Of a stretch of 64,000 nt of DNA, positions 1-9,983 are shown in pieces (within the stretch, counting starts at the first letter, position 1; each line of letters starts with the position of its first letter). The notes below the pieces were generated by a model, which was given only the letters and a program-made list of their open reading frames with translations, did no database searches and was not told the origin of the DNA. Source of the DNA: Candidatus Micrarchaeota archaeon (lineage in GTDB: Archaea; Micrarchaeota; Micrarchaeia; Anstonellales; Bilamarchaeaceae); contig JBFLVJ010000002.1 in the NCBI GenBank assembly GCA_040758595.1, positions 38,504 through 102,503 of the forward strand, in the 5' to 3' direction. The position numbers and the translations under genes were made by a program.

Positions 1-237
1 AGGCGCGGCCATGCCGGAGACGCCGAACAGCTCAACGACCTTCTAAAAATCAAGGAGATCGAGGCTCTTTATGCGACGACCGGGATGTGGGATCTTGTCG
101 CGATAGTGAGGGTCAAGAACAGGATGAACCTGCTCGAAGTGATACAGAAAATCGGCAACAACAAGATAGTGACCAAGACCATAACGCAGATAGTGGTCTT
201 CCCCTACAAGAGCCCTTACGAGTTCAACCCTCTCTGA
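1..237 (+). CDS. Lrp/AsnC-family transcription regulator, C-terminal fragment (5' end lies outside the window)
   Basis: Frame-1 translation ...LKIKEIEALYATTGMWDLVAIVRVKNRMNLLEVIQKIGNNKIVTKTITQIVVFPYKSPYEFNPL* matches the Lrp/AsnC RAM domain pattern (GxYDl...V..r..dl..l..f); stop TGA at 235-237. Confidence 0.5.
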   Translation, partial: RRGHAGDAEQLNDLLKIKEIEALYATTGMWDLVAIVRVKNRMNLLEVIQKIGNNKIVTKTITQIVVFPYKSPYEFNPL

Positions 238-1549
238 CTTTCTGGAATACGTTGCCATACATCTCGTGGTGCTTGTCTATCCTCAGCACCACCACACCGT
301 CCTTCACATCCTTGAACCCGTGGTCCCTGAGCATGGCATAATAATCCTGCCTCTCGATGGGCAGGATGCTCGCTCTTATGCGCTCCGCCTGCTCAAGGCT
401 CATATGGGGTCCGGGAGTCACGACGGGCGGCCATTCCTCCACGCTTACCAGCTTCCCACCCATGGAGAGCAGTTCGCTCATCTTCTTCACAGTCGCTTCT
501 TTGTCCACCACCCAGTGCGCCACATACGAAGCTAGGAGGGTGTCGGCGTTGTCGAATCCGATGCGTTCGAGCCCTTTGGATGTTACTTCCATGAGATCGG
601 CCAGGAGATATGAAACCTCCAGCTGTTGCTCCAGCAGTTCGGGGTGCTGCGAGTAGAGGTTCTCGTATCCCTCCTCGGCTTTTTCGAGCATCCTGCGCGT
701 GTTGTCGAGAGCGAGGATGCGGGTCGGTCCCCGCTTAGGCGGAATAGCCGCGAATTCAGGTATCATGATATTGCGGATATACTGGCGCATGGGGTGCGCG
801 GTTCCGCAGCCGATGTCTATTATCCGCTCCCCGAAATGGTGCGGGTAAGATGTCAATATCGCGTTCATGACGGCGTAATGCCTGTTGTACTTCTGGTGCA
901 GATCGAAATTCACCGCGAACTCATCCATGGTGCTATTTATCCTTCGGGAAGCCGAGCGCTTCTCCACCATGGTCAGCTCGCCCTTTTTCATCTCGCAGAA
1001 TACCGGCTGGCGCGCCTGGGAGGTCTCCTCTTCGTAAAGATGCAGGACGGCTCCGATACGGTCGGTCAGCGCTCTGGGTTTCGCATGGTCCTGGCTCACT
1101 ATGTCATCCGCTCCCGCGGCGATTATCCGGGCAGAGTTGGTGAATTCGCTATCAGTGATGTAAATGATCCTGAGATTCCTGTCGAACTCCTTGAGCAGTT
1201 TGAGGGCATTGAGCTGCTGGATGCCCTCGGAGCTCTCCTGGGGGCCGAGGATTATCACCCGCCTTGGCCCTTCTCTCTCAAGCCTCTCGAACAGCTTCGA
1301 GAAGCTGTTCTCATTGCTGCATTCGAACCGCTCCGGGAAATGCCTCCTTGCCGCCCGATAGAGATCGATATCGCATCCGAACAGGATGACGCTGACCGCT
1401 CCGTTCTTCCAGCTATCCAGTCGCAGCGCTCTCGGGCCATCTGTCATGGGATCGCCTAGGCGCAGGTGGCTGGGCCTGTTGCTGGATATGCCCGCAGACC
1501 GCTCCAGTCTCGATCTGTCGCTGAACCTCTTTCTACTCATCAACATCAC
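224..1549 (-). CDS. receiver-like domain fused to a class I SAM-dependent methyltransferase
   Basis: The C-terminal half has the IIDIGCGTA SAM-binding motif plus downstream MTase blocks. The N-terminal half resembles a degenerate CheY-like receiver (RVIILGP...IIYITDSEF...AAGADDIV). The true start is probably the internal MTDGPRAL. Confidence 0.55.
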   Translation of the reverse strand: MMLMSRKRFSDRSRLERSAGISSNRPSHLRLGDPMTDGPRALRLDSWKNGAVSVILFGCDIDLYRAARRHFPERFECSNENSFSKLFERLEREGPRRVIILGPQESSEGIQQLNALKLLKEFDRNLRIIYITDSEFTNSARIIAAGADDIVSQDHAKPRALTDRIGAVLHLYEEETSQARQPVFCEMKKGELTMVEKRSASRRINSTMDEFAVNFDLHQKYNRHYAVMNAILTSYPHHFGERIIDIGCGTAHPMRQYIRNIMIPEFAAIPPKRGPTRILALDNTRRMLEKAEEGYENLYSQHPELLEQQLEVSYLLADLMEVTSKGLERIGFDNADTLLASYVAHWVVDKEATVKKMSELLSMGGKLVSVEEWPPVVTPGPHMSLEQAERIRASILPIERQDYYAMLRDHGFKDVKDGVVVLRIDKHHEMYGNVFQKVREG

Positions 1550-1684
1550 ACTGCATCGGGATTAACTTACTATGGATAAAAACATTTAAAATGGTAGCAT
1601 AGGTGCAAAAATGTGGTTAAAGAACAGGGGGGATTAAATTCCCTTTAGCCCCAATCAATCCACTGCTTCTTAGAGGGGGCGTCC

Positions 1685-4600
1685 ATGGAATACAGCGAGC
1701 TGCTGAAGAAAGGCCTTGATCATGCCTATGCCATCGCTTCAGAGGCACGGAGCAAGGGCTTCGACCCGACCGAGGATGTCGAGGTCAAGATAGCGAAGGA
1801 CGTGGCCGCCCGCGTAGAAGGTATCGTCGGCCCGCCCGGGGTCGCAGAGACCATCCGCGCCATGGAGAAAGGAGGGATGGCCAGGGAGAACATAGCGTTC
1901 GAGGTGGCCCAGAAAATCGCCGGCGGGGAGCTGATGAAGGCCAACAAGGAGCTCCTCATAGAGCAGGCGGTCAGGACCGGCCTGGGCATACTCACCGAGG
2001 GCGTGCTGGTCGCACCAACCGAGGGCATAGCGAAAGTGAAGATAAAGAACAATCCTGACGGCAGCGACTATGTGGCGGTCTATTATGCTGGCCCTATCAG
2101 GAGCGCAGGGGGCACCGCGGCTGCCCTCAGCCTCGTGCTGGCTGACCTCGCGCGCCGGGTATGCGGAGTCGGCGATTACCGCGCCACCGAATCCCAGATA
2201 GCTCGATACTACGAGGAGATTACGACCTACGAGACGCGCGTCACGCACCTCCAGTACATGCCTCCTGAAGAGGATGCCCGTGTCATCGCAGCCAACTGCC
2301 CGATCTGCATAGACGGGGACCCGACAGAGGAGATAGAGGTCTCGACCCACCGGGGGGTTCCGGGGGTGGAGACCGACCGCGTCCGGGGCGGCGTGCCGCT
2401 CGTAATGTGCGAGGGCGTTGCAGCGAAGGCGGCGAAACTGCTCAAATACACCAACAGGCTCAACCTCGGATGGAACTGGCTCGAGAAGATAATCAAGATA
2501 AAGAAGAAGGCCGACAAGATAGAGATAAAGCCCGACCCGACATACCTAGAAGGGCTGGTCGCCGGAAGGCCGGTGTTCAGCCACGCGTCTGCAAAAGGCG
2601 GGTTCAGGCTCCGCTATGGTCGGAGCCGGACCACCTGCCTCATGGGCAAGAACATCCATCCGGCCACCATGATCATGCTCGACCGTTTCCTCGCATACGG
2701 TACCCACATGAAGATAGAGCGCCCCGGCAAAGGCTGCGTGGTGGCGGGCCATGACGGCCTGGAGCCGCCGGCGGTCAGGCTCAAGAGCGGCAGGGTGATG
2801 AAGGTGCGCACGCTGGAAGAGGCGCACGGCATCAAGGACGAGGTCGAGGAGATACTGTTCCTGGGCGACCTGCTCTGCGCGTTCGGCGACTTCCACAAGT
2901 CCAACCATCCGCTGATGCCTTCGGGCTACTGCCAGGAATGGTGGGAGAGGGAGCTGGAGGCCAAAGGCATCCAGCCGCCAGAGGATCTGGATGCGGATGC
3001 GCTCTTCTCCTTCTCGAGGATGCACGGCGTCCCGCTACATCCTGATTTCACATATCACTGGCATGACATATCTCCGGAGCAGCTCAAAGCCCTCTCGGAA
3101 TGGCTCAAAGGCGGCGAGCTTCAGATGGGCCCGGATAGCCGCATACGGAACCTCTCGCTCCCCAAATCCGATGCCAAGCGGGTGCTGGAGGAGCTCATAC
3201 TCGAGCACGATGTCAAGGACGGGAAAGTGGTCCTGGACGGCGAGCACGCGTTCGCGCTCCTCTCGTCGCTCGGAGCCCTCAAGGACTGGAAGGTGGATCT
3301 CTCGGATTTCGAGCGCATCTATGATCCGTCCAAGAAGACGCTGGACATGATCAACGAGGCCTCAGGCCTCAAGATAAAGCCCAAGGCGCCCACCTATATC
3401 GGGGCGAGGATGGGCAGGCCAGAGAAGGCCAAGGAGCGCAAGATGGACGGCTCTCCGCATGTGCTTTTCCCAAGCGGCTCTTTCAAGAACCGCAGCCTGA
3501 CAAAGATAAACCGCACCCTGAGGGCAAGAGAGGGCGAGAAGACTGTCAACATCGAGATATCCAGGTTCCGCTGCGGAAAATGCGGCAAGCTCGGATTCTA
3601 CAGGCGTTGCCCGCTCTGCGGGGAGAGAGCGGCGGAAGAGCGCATCTGCCAGAAATGCGGCCGGCCTGTCAACATGGAGATGCACTGCGACATGAAGACA
3701 GTCTCCTACGACAGAAGGCCCGTGGATGTCATCGAGCTATTCGACCAGGCCAAGGACAAGGTCGGCATGCTCCCGGACGAAGTGAAGGGTGTCAAGGGCC
3801 TCTCCAACGCCACCCGTATCCCCGAGCGCCTGGAGAAAGGTTTCCTGCGATCAAAGCACGATGTCTATGTATTCCGCGACGGGACCTCAAGGTTCGACGC
3901 CACCGACATACCGGTCACCCATTTCGTCCCGAAGGAGCTCGGCCTGAGCGTGCAGAAGGCCAAGGAGCTCGGCTATTCTGTCGATTACCTGGGCCGGCCG
4001 CTCGAGGACGAGAACCAGACCGTGATGATGTACCACCAGGACATCATCCTGGCCGAGGACGGGGCGGATTACTTCCTGAAGGTGGCCGCGTTCATAGACG
4101 ACATGCTCATGAACCTCTACGGCATGAAGCCGTTCTACAGTCTCAAGAGCAAGAGCGATCTGATAGGCCACTTCGCGGTCGGCCTCTCCCCGCACACCAG
4201 CGCAGGGGCCCTCTGCAGGGTAATCGGGTTCACAAAGGCAACGGTGGGCTACGGCCACCCTTACTTCCACACCGCAAAAAGGAGGAATTGCTTCCATCCA
4301 GAGACAGAGATCGTGATATGGGATGATGTGAAAAAGAAGCGCGTCTCACACCGTTTAGGGGCCTTGGTAGAGCGGGCATTTGAAGAACATCCGGACAAAG
4401 TCAGACGGCTTGATGAATATACCGAACGTGTAGACGTACCCGACGGCATGTTCACATTCGGTATAGACCTCAAGTCAAACAAAGTCGTCCGGAAGAAAAT
4501 AAAGTGCCTGATAAGGGCAAAAGCGCCTGAGAAGTGGCTGAAGATCGTGACGACCACAAACAGAAAAATGATCGTGACTCCGGACCATAATGTGCTGTGT

Positions 4601-6565
4601 TCAGATGGCACCGGCCTTAAGGCGCTCGAAGCGAAGGATTTGAAACCCGGTGCTGATTTGCCAGTTTGCCTGAAACTTGACATTCCGACAATGAAAACCA
4701 GGGCATCCGGAATTAACCTTGCAGAGGAATTATGTGTTCTGGATGCCGAAACAAAAGACTCGATCATGATCCGTTGCAAGCCGTTCTTCAAGAAACTATT
4801 CTATGAAAACCGCAAATCCGTGCTTGAAATCCTCGATATCCGTGACTATCAGAGAAGAACTCCGATCTCCTGGTATAGCAGCGTCTCATTATCCCACCTA
4901 GAACTCCTTGTCAAGCATGGCATCTGTCGTTTCGATGATTTGCCAAAAAATGCCAAAATAGCAATGAAAAGAGACGACATGTCCCTTCCGCTCCGCATCC
5001 CCATAGACGAAAACCTCATGATAATACTGGGTTATTATATCGCCGAAGGGTATGCAAGACAAGGCAAATCATGCAATCAGATAAATTTCAGGATATGCAA
5101 CAGGAGGATGGGCGGTATCCTTGCCCGGGCGATAAAAAACGTATTCGGCAAAAGACCCTATACTGGAGAAAACCGCACCCAATTCATGCTGTGCGGCAAG
5201 ATAATCTATCTTCTGTTCACTAAAATCTTCGAAACCGGAATCAATGCGCACACCAAGCGCATCCCATCGATTGTTTTCTCTTCGGAGGATTCACTGGTCA
5301 AAGCATTCATATCAGCATATTTCGACGGGGACGGTAGTGTGGTCGCAGACCCGCCGCGGATGTATCTGTATTCGGTTTCTCTGGGGCTTCTTGAGGATTT
5401 CGGGACGCTTCTATTGCGTTTTGGCATTTTCACCAGATACGGCTGGACGAAACCCAGATTGCCCGGCCGGAGGCTGCTCGAAAGATATGAAGAGCTCGGC
5501 AAACCTCCAAAACTGTTTTCACTCGGATCTCTCTCACTATATGGCACGGATTTGCTCAGATTTGCAGATATATGCAGCCCCAGAATCGCAAAAAAGGCCG
5601 CAAGGATGGCAAAACTGAGGGGGCACAAAGAAACGGATGTCCGTTTCATCAAATACGAAAATCAGCGGTTTCCAGTCCATCCCAAGAGCGATTATCTATT
5701 TGACAAAGTGAAATCCATCGAGAGCTTCCCGGAAAATACGCGTGCATACTGTCTGGATGTCGAAGGCCAGCGGATAGAAGAGAAAAACGTGCTGTTGAAC
5801 AACCAGATGATAACAATCCGTTGCGACGGCGACGAGGATTCGGTGATGCTTTTGATGGATGCGCTCATCAACTTCTCCAGACGCTTCCTGAACGAGAAGC
5901 GCGGAGGGACCATGGACGCCCCGCTGGTCCTCTCGGTCGAGATAAACCCCAAAGAGGTCGATGACGAGGCGCACTCCATAGAGATAGTCTCCAGGTACCC
6001 GCTGGATTTCTACGAGGCCGCCGAGCGCCTGACCCCTCCCGGCGACATCAAGCTGAAGAGGGTGAAAGACGTGCTCGGAACTCCGGAGCAGTACGAGCTT
6101 CCGATAACGCATCCTGGCGGCAGCCTTGACCAGGGCAATATAAGGACCGCTTATGTGGAGCTGCAGTCCATTCCCGAGAAGATAGACATCCAGTTCTCGC
6201 TCCAGGGGCGGCTCCGGCCGGTGGACAAACGGGACGCGGCTGAGCGTCTCATCCTCAGCCACTTCATCCCGGACCTCTACGGGAACCTCCGCTCGTTCTC
6301 CCGCCAGACCTTCAGGTGCGTCTCCTGCAACACCATTTTCAGGCGAGTCCCGCTGGCAGGCAAGTGCAACCGCTGCGGCGGCAACCTGCTCCTGACGATA
6401 AACAAGGGCGGGATAGAGAAATATCTCCAGATATCCAGGGACATCGTGGACCGCTATGACCTGCCGTTCTACCTGAAACAGAGGCTGGAGCTGGTCGGGA
6501 AGGAGATAAAGAGCATATTCGAGGACGACAAGGTCAAGCAGATGGGGCTGAGCGACTTTTTGTGA
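1685..6565 (+). CDS. polD: DNA polymerase II (PolD) large subunit DP2, intein-containing
   Basis: N-terminus MEYSELLKKGLDHAYAIASEARSKGFDPTEDVE. Conserved HPYFHTAKRRN / CDGDEDSVMLLMDALINFS catalytic region interrupted by 511 codons. C-terminal Cys4 zinc finger (CVSCNT...CNRCGG). Confidence 0.9.
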   Translation: MEYSELLKKGLDHAYAIASEARSKGFDPTEDVEVKIAKDVAARVEGIVGPPGVAETIRAMEKGGMARENIAFEVAQKIAGGELMKANKELLIEQAVRTGLGILTEGVLVAPTEGIAKVKIKNNPDGSDYVAVYYAGPIRSAGGTAAALSLVLADLARRVCGVGDYRATESQIARYYEEITTYETRVTHLQYMPPEEDARVIAANCPICIDGDPTEEIEVSTHRGVPGVETDRVRGGVPLVMCEGVAAKAAKLLKYTNRLNLGWNWLEKIIKIKKKADKIEIKPDPTYLEGLVAGRPVFSHASAKGGFRLRYGRSRTTCLMGKNIHPATMIMLDRFLAYGTHMKIERPGKGCVVAGHDGLEPPAVRLKSGRVMKVRTLEEAHGIKDEVEEILFLGDLLCAFGDFHKSNHPLMPSGYCQEWWERELEAKGIQPPEDLDADALFSFSRMHGVPLHPDFTYHWHDISPEQLKALSEWLKGGELQMGPDSRIRNLSLPKSDAKRVLEELILEHDVKDGKVVLDGEHAFALLSSLGALKDWKVDLSDFERIYDPSKKTLDMINEASGLKIKPKAPTYIGARMGRPEKAKERKMDGSPHVLFPSGSFKNRSLTKINRTLRAREGEKTVNIEISRFRCGKCGKLGFYRRCPLCGERAAEERICQKCGRPVNMEMHCDMKTVSYDRRPVDVIELFDQAKDKVGMLPDEVKGVKGLSNATRIPERLEKGFLRSKHDVYVFRDGTSRFDATDIPVTHFVPKELGLSVQKAKELGYSVDYLGRPLEDENQTVMMYHQDIILAEDGADYFLKVAAFIDDMLMNLYGMKPFYSLKSKSDLIGHFAVGLSPHTSAGALCRVIGFTKATVGYGHPYFHTAKRRNCFHPETEIVIWDDVKKKRVSHRLGALVERAFEEHPDKVRRLDEYTERVDVPDGMFTFGIDLKSNKVVRKKIKCLIRAKAPEKWLKIVTTTNRKMIVTPDHNVLCSDGTGLKALEAKDLKPGADLPVCLKLDIPTMKTRASGINLAEELCVLDAETKDSIMIRCKPFFKKLFYENRKSVLEILDIRDYQRRTPISWYSSVSLSHLELLVKHGICRFDDLPKNAKIAMKRDDMSLPLRIPIDENLMIILGYYIAEGYARQGKSCNQINFRICNRRMGGILARAIKNVFGKRPYTGENRTQFMLCGKIIYLLFTKIFETGINAHTKRIPSIVFSSEDSLVKAFISAYFDGDGSVVADPPRMYLYSVSLGLLEDFGTLLLRFGIFTRYGWTKPRLPGRRLLERYEELGKPPKLFSLGSLSLYGTDLLRFADICSPRIAKKAARMAKLRGHKETDVRFIKYENQRFPVHPKSDYLFDKVKSIESFPENTRAYCLDVEGQRIEEKNVLLNNQMITIRCDGDEDSVMLLMDALINFSRRFLNEKRGGTMDAPLVLSVEINPKEVDDEAHSIEIVSRYPLDFYEAAERLTPPGDIKLKRVKDVLGTPEQYELPITHPGGSLDQGNIRTAYVELQSIPEKIDIQFSLQGRLRPVDKRDAAERLILSHFIPDLYGNLRSFSRQTFRCVSCNTIFRRVPLAGKCNRCGGNLLLTINKGGIEKYLQISRDIVDRYDLPFYLKQRLELVGKEIKSIFEDDKVKQMGLSDFL
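4289..5821 (+). mobile_element. intein with LAGLIDADG homing endonuclease in PolD DP2, inserted at the RRN|CDGDED site
   Basis: Starts CFHPETEIVIWDD (block A), TPDHNVL (block B), LAGLIDADG motifs MIILGYYIAEGYA and AFISAYFDGDGSV, block G-like AYCLDVEGQRIEEKNVLLNN. The flanking extein motif is conserved in intein-free PolD. Exact C-terminal boundary is uncertain (see findings). Confidence 0.75.
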
Positions 6566-6603
6566 AATGAGAAAAGGAAAAATAAAGGAAAAATGAAGAA
6601 GGT

Positions 6604-7068
6604 CTACTTCTTCATGCCGGCGACGAAGGCGCCGATCGCGCCGAGCACGAGGCCGATGACGGTCCCGGTGATGACGCCGAACACGATGCCGATCACGCCG
6701 AAGCCCGCTCCGATGGCGGCTCCGCCGATGTCATTCCCGCCGGCCACTCCGACACCGATGCCGAGCAACTGGACGACGAAACCGACCACGCCGCTGACGA
6801 CACCAGCCACGAAGGCCACCAGGCCTCCGGTCAGCGCGCCGCCGACAAGGTCCATGCCTGCTTCCTTGACAGCCTTGTAGCCGGCCCAGGCGTTGACCAC
6901 CCAGCCGATGATGGCCAGCGGGAGACCTATCACACAAAGGAGCATGCTCAGGACGGGGATCGCTCCGACCACTGTCGAGAATATGCCCAGCAGGATCAAT
7001 ACCACGATGGGTATGGTCCCGACCTTGAACGCTTTTCCGATATCAAATGCCAAAATATCACCTGGCAT
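6604..7068 (-). CDS. glycine-rich (glycine-zipper) small membrane protein
   Basis: 154 aa with GxxxG-rich hydrophobic segments (GVVSGVVGFVVQLLGIGVGVAGG...). The antisense Pro-rich ORF is judged spurious. Confidence 0.5.
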   Translation of the reverse strand: MPGDILAFDIGKAFKVGTIPIVVLILLGIFSTVVGAIPVLSMLLCVIGLPLAIIGWVVNAWAGYKAVKEAGMDLVGGALTGGLVAFVAGVVSGVVGFVVQLLGIGVGVAGGNDIGGAAIGAGFGVIGIVFGVITGTVIGLVLGAIGAFVAGMKK

Positions 7069-7174
7069 ACACTCGCAGAATAAGATTTATAACCCGCTAT
7101 GGGGCGGCATCAAGCCGGACAGAACAAGCGCGATAAGACGAAGATAAAAGAAAAAAAGGAAAATGGGCGAAGCT

Positions 7175-7531
7175 TCACTTCACCTGCTTCTCAGCGAACT
7201 CGCCGACGACCGGGAGCAGGAATTTCTCCCCCTGGTACGCCTTGTACGCGAAGTACAGGAACACCAATATGATCAGCGGCATGCACAGGCTACCGATGCC
7301 GAACGTCACCACCGCGACGATCATCGATACGACCCATGCCACGATAGCCAGAATGGTGCTCTGCCATGCGTGGAACATGATGAACTTATCCTTCTTCTTG
7401 TCCTCCATCAGGTAGACCACGATGAGCATAAGTATCGGGAACACGTAGTTCAGAGCGCTCCAGAGCTTAGCCTCGCTGGAAACACCGGACGGTGTCGAGG
7501 ACTTTATTTCCATTTTTTCTCCTGCCATCAA
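7175..7531 (-). CDS. DUF4870-like small membrane protein
   Basis: YLMEDKKKDKFIMFHAWQS motif followed by two TM helices. Confidence 0.5.
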   Translation of the reverse strand: MMAGEKMEIKSSTPSGVSSEAKLWSALNYVFPILMLIVVYLMEDKKKDKFIMFHAWQSTILAIVAWVVSMIVAVVTFGIGSLCMPLIILVFLYFAYKAYQGEKFLLPVVGEFAEKQVK

Positions 7532-7591
7532 TATACCTCCTTTATTGCTCCATATAGAGAGGAGCGGATTGCCTTATACTCGAATGGTATG

Positions 7592-7599
7592 TTTATAAA
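7592..7599 (+). promoter_or_regulatory. TATA box (TTTATAAA) upstream of cysS
   Basis: AT-rich TTTATAAA about 55 nt upstream of the cysS ATG in an otherwise GC-rich intergenic region. Confidence 0.4.
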
Positions 7600-7653
7600 C
7601 ATTTTACAAACGAGGGGTGTCGGTTTTTAATCCCGGACCGCCAAGAGAAAAAC

Positions 7654-9102
7654 ATGATGCTATACGATTCCCTCTCCAGGCAGACTGAGGCGTTCAAGCC
7701 CGTGGAGGACAAGCTGGTCAGGATGTACGTCTGCGGCATCACGCCCTACGATGACACCCACATCGGCCACGCGAGGAGCTATGTCGCCTTCGATATGATA
7801 AAGCGCTTCCTGATAAATGACGGCTACTCGGTCTATCACATCCAGAACATCACCGACGTGGATGACAAGATAATCAAGCGCTGCAAGGAGACTGGTGCCG
7901 ACCCCAGGGTCCTGCCAAGGCGCTTGCACGAAGAGGCGCTCGAGCTGTTCGGGAGACTCGGCATCCTCCCCGCCGATGTATATCCGGCGGTGACGGAGCA
8001 TATCCCCCAGATAATCAGGTTCATCCAGGCCCTGATGGGGAAAGGGGCGGCCTATGAGACCCCGGACGGGGTCTATTTCAGCGTAAAATCGTTCCCCGGT
8101 TACGGCAAGCTCTCCGGGCAGGATTTGGAGCGCATCAGGGCAGGCGCGAGGATAGAGGTGGATGAGAACAAGAAGGATCCGGCGGATTTCGCCCTCTGGA
8201 AGAAGACAGGCGGCGAGATAATCGAGTTCGAGAGCCCCTGGGGCAGGGGCAGGCCCGGCTGGCACATCGAGTGCTCTGTCATGGCCAACGAATATTCCAA
8301 GAACACCCTCGACATCCACGGCGGCGGCAGGGATCTCATATTCCCCCATCACGAGAACGAGGTGGCCCAGAGCGAAGCCGCCACGGGCCGGAAGTTCTGC
8401 AACAACTGGCTCCACACCGGCTTCCTGACCGTGGACGGCGAGAAGATGAGCAAGTCCTTGGGCAACTTCATCACCCTCAAGCAGGCCCTCTCGCAGTTCG
8501 AACCGAACGCGCTCCGGCTCTTCTTCCTGCAGATGCACTACCGCAGCCCGCTGGACTACAACGAGGACAGCATACGGGCGGCCGGAGAGAGCGTGGAGCG
8601 CATATTCAACTCCCTCGGCCTCATAAGAGAGACGATCGCTTCTACAGAGGATGGCGGCCCTGACGCGGAGTTCAGGGCGAAAAGCGACGAGCTGATAGAG
8701 AAGTTCCGCAAGGACATGGAAAACGATTTCAACACCCCCGAGGCGATAGCATCGCTCTTCAACCTGCTCCGCCTCTCCAATAGCCATCTCTCTGGAAAGC
8801 CCGACAAAGAGCAACTCACAAAAGTGGCCAAATCCATAGAATCCATGATCTGGGTGCTCGGCTTGGTGGAGAGGAGGTCCGACCTCGATGGCAAGACCGA
8901 TGCCCTCCTCTCGCTTGTCAGGAAGCTTGGCGGGGGAGCAGCCAGCCCCGAGGAAGCCCTCGAGAAGCTGGTCGCCATGCGCGATGATGCGAGGGCCAAG
9001 AAAGACTACAAGAAGTCTGATTTGATCCGGGAAAGGCTCAAGGGTATCGGCATAATCCTGGAAGACAAGAGCGGCTCGGGCGTGCGCTGGAAACTGGCCT
9101 AG
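7654..9102 (+). CDS. cysS: cysteinyl-tRNA synthetase
   Basis: HIGH motif (CGITPYDDTHIGHARSY), KMSKS motif (KMSKSLGN), Zn-binding Cys and the WHIEC motif. Confidence 0.9.
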   Translation: MMLYDSLSRQTEAFKPVEDKLVRMYVCGITPYDDTHIGHARSYVAFDMIKRFLINDGYSVYHIQNITDVDDKIIKRCKETGADPRVLPRRLHEEALELFGRLGILPADVYPAVTEHIPQIIRFIQALMGKGAAYETPDGVYFSVKSFPGYGKLSGQDLERIRAGARIEVDENKKDPADFALWKKTGGEIIEFESPWGRGRPGWHIECSVMANEYSKNTLDIHGGGRDLIFPHHENEVAQSEAATGRKFCNNWLHTGFLTVDGEKMSKSLGNFITLKQALSQFEPNALRLFFLQMHYRSPLDYNEDSIRAAGESVERIFNSLGLIRETIASTEDGGPDAEFRAKSDELIEKFRKDMENDFNTPEAIASLFNLLRLSNSHLSGKPDKEQLTKVAKSIESMIWVLGLVERRSDLDGKTDALLSLVRKLGGGAASPEEALEKLVAMRDDARAKKDYKKSDLIRERLKGIGIILEDKSGSGVRWKLA

Positions 9103-9165
9103 GCAGCAGAACTCAGGACTGATGGAAAATCCACGCGGTTTCGAGTCCAGCGTCTCGGGCTTCGT

Positions 9166-9213
9166 GTCCAAACCCGAAATCCGGAACCGGAAACCCAAAC
9201 CCGCCAGAACTGC
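9166..9213 (+). repeat. degenerate tandem heptamer array (CAAACCC GAAATCC GGAACC GGAAACC CAAACCC)
   Basis: Direct reading of 7-nt periodic units. Member of the CCGAAAC/GTTTCGG repeat family. Confidence 0.6.
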
Positions 9214-9235
9214 CGGTGGTGTCTTTGTAGGGCAG

Positions 9236-9943
9236 CTAATACTGGTCCATCTTGTACTTGGAGCTGTCCTGTCCATTACCTGTCCATGCAGCTATGTTGC
9301 TTTTCGTCCAGAGACCGAGAGTCCTCAGGAAGCCGTCGCTCTTGAACCTCCTGTCGGAGAGCTCCACCCACATCATGCTGTCGTATACGACGTGCCTGGA
9401 AGGAGGCAGCCTCCTGGTCAGGTCGGTATCCTCGCAGATGACCGAGTCGTACCCGCCGGCATCGAGGAATATCTTCTTACGGTATGCCGAGTTGTTGGAT
9501 GCGAACCAGTACTTGCCGGTGGCGAAGTGCATCAGCCTCGCGAAATAGAACACGATGCGTGAATAGGTGTCATAGGTGAACTTGCCCAATGAACTGTCGG
9601 CGTCGTAGAGATCGAGCCCTCCGGCGGCGATTATATGCGGCTCGCTGAAGTGCTTCCTTATCCTATGCGCGAAATCATCCGCGGTGATGCAATCCGCGTC
9701 CACGAACACCACGATGTCATTCTTCGCTGCCTTGGCCCCTTCGGTCCTGGCGATGCCGTTGCCCTGCTTGGGCCTCAGCACCACCCTGGCGCCGTGCTTC
9801 TTGGCTATCTCCACCGTGCGGTCCTTGCTGTGGCTGTCTACGATGACTATCTCGTCCTCCCCGCGAAGCTGGGGCTTGAGGTTCAGGAGCAGCCTCTCTA
9901 TATGCTTCTCCTCGTTGTAAGTCGGAATCACGATGCTCAGCAT
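9236..9943 (-). CDS. family 2 glycosyltransferase
   Basis: MLSIVIPTYNEEKHIERLL...VVFVDADC with a DxD-like motif; typical GT2 N-terminus. Confidence 0.8.
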   Translation of the reverse strand: MLSIVIPTYNEEKHIERLLLNLKPQLRGEDEIVIVDSHSKDRTVEIAKKHGARVVLRPKQGNGIARTEGAKAAKNDIVVFVDADCITADDFAHRIRKHFSEPHIIAAGGLDLYDADSSLGKFTYDTYSRIVFYFARLMHFATGKYWFASNNSAYRKKIFLDAGGYDSVICEDTDLTRRLPPSRHVVYDSMMWVELSDRRFKSDGFLRTLGLWTKSNIAAWTGNGQDSSKYKMDQY

Positions 9944-9983
9944 TCTATCCTCACCAATACATTATATGTAACTATAAACCACT

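Noticed and set aside
43-258. 71-aa minus-strand ORF at the window start
   Set aside because: Antisense to the better-supported Lrp/AsnC C-terminal fragment on the plus strand.
626-1459. 277-aa plus-strand ORF inside the receiver-MTase gene region
   Set aside because: Antisense to an ORF with a clear SAM-binding IIDIGCGTA motif; Arg/Leu/Gly-rich shadow frame.
6593-6880. Pro/Thr-rich 95-aa plus-strand ORF
   Set aside because: Antisense of the glycine-rich membrane protein gene. Gly codons read in reverse give Pro/Ala/Thr runs.
9122-9235. Possible C/D box sRNA downstream of cysS (ACTGATGG / CTGA-like elements)
   Set aside because: The C box (RUGAUGA) is not exact, no C'/D' pair or guide region was identified, and the region is dominated by the heptamer array.
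7660-9276. 538-aa ORF antisense to cysS
   Set aside because: GC-rich shadow ORF with an Arg/Gly/Pro/Ala-biased low-complexity translation. The sense strand encodes an unambiguous CysRS with HIGH/KMSKS.
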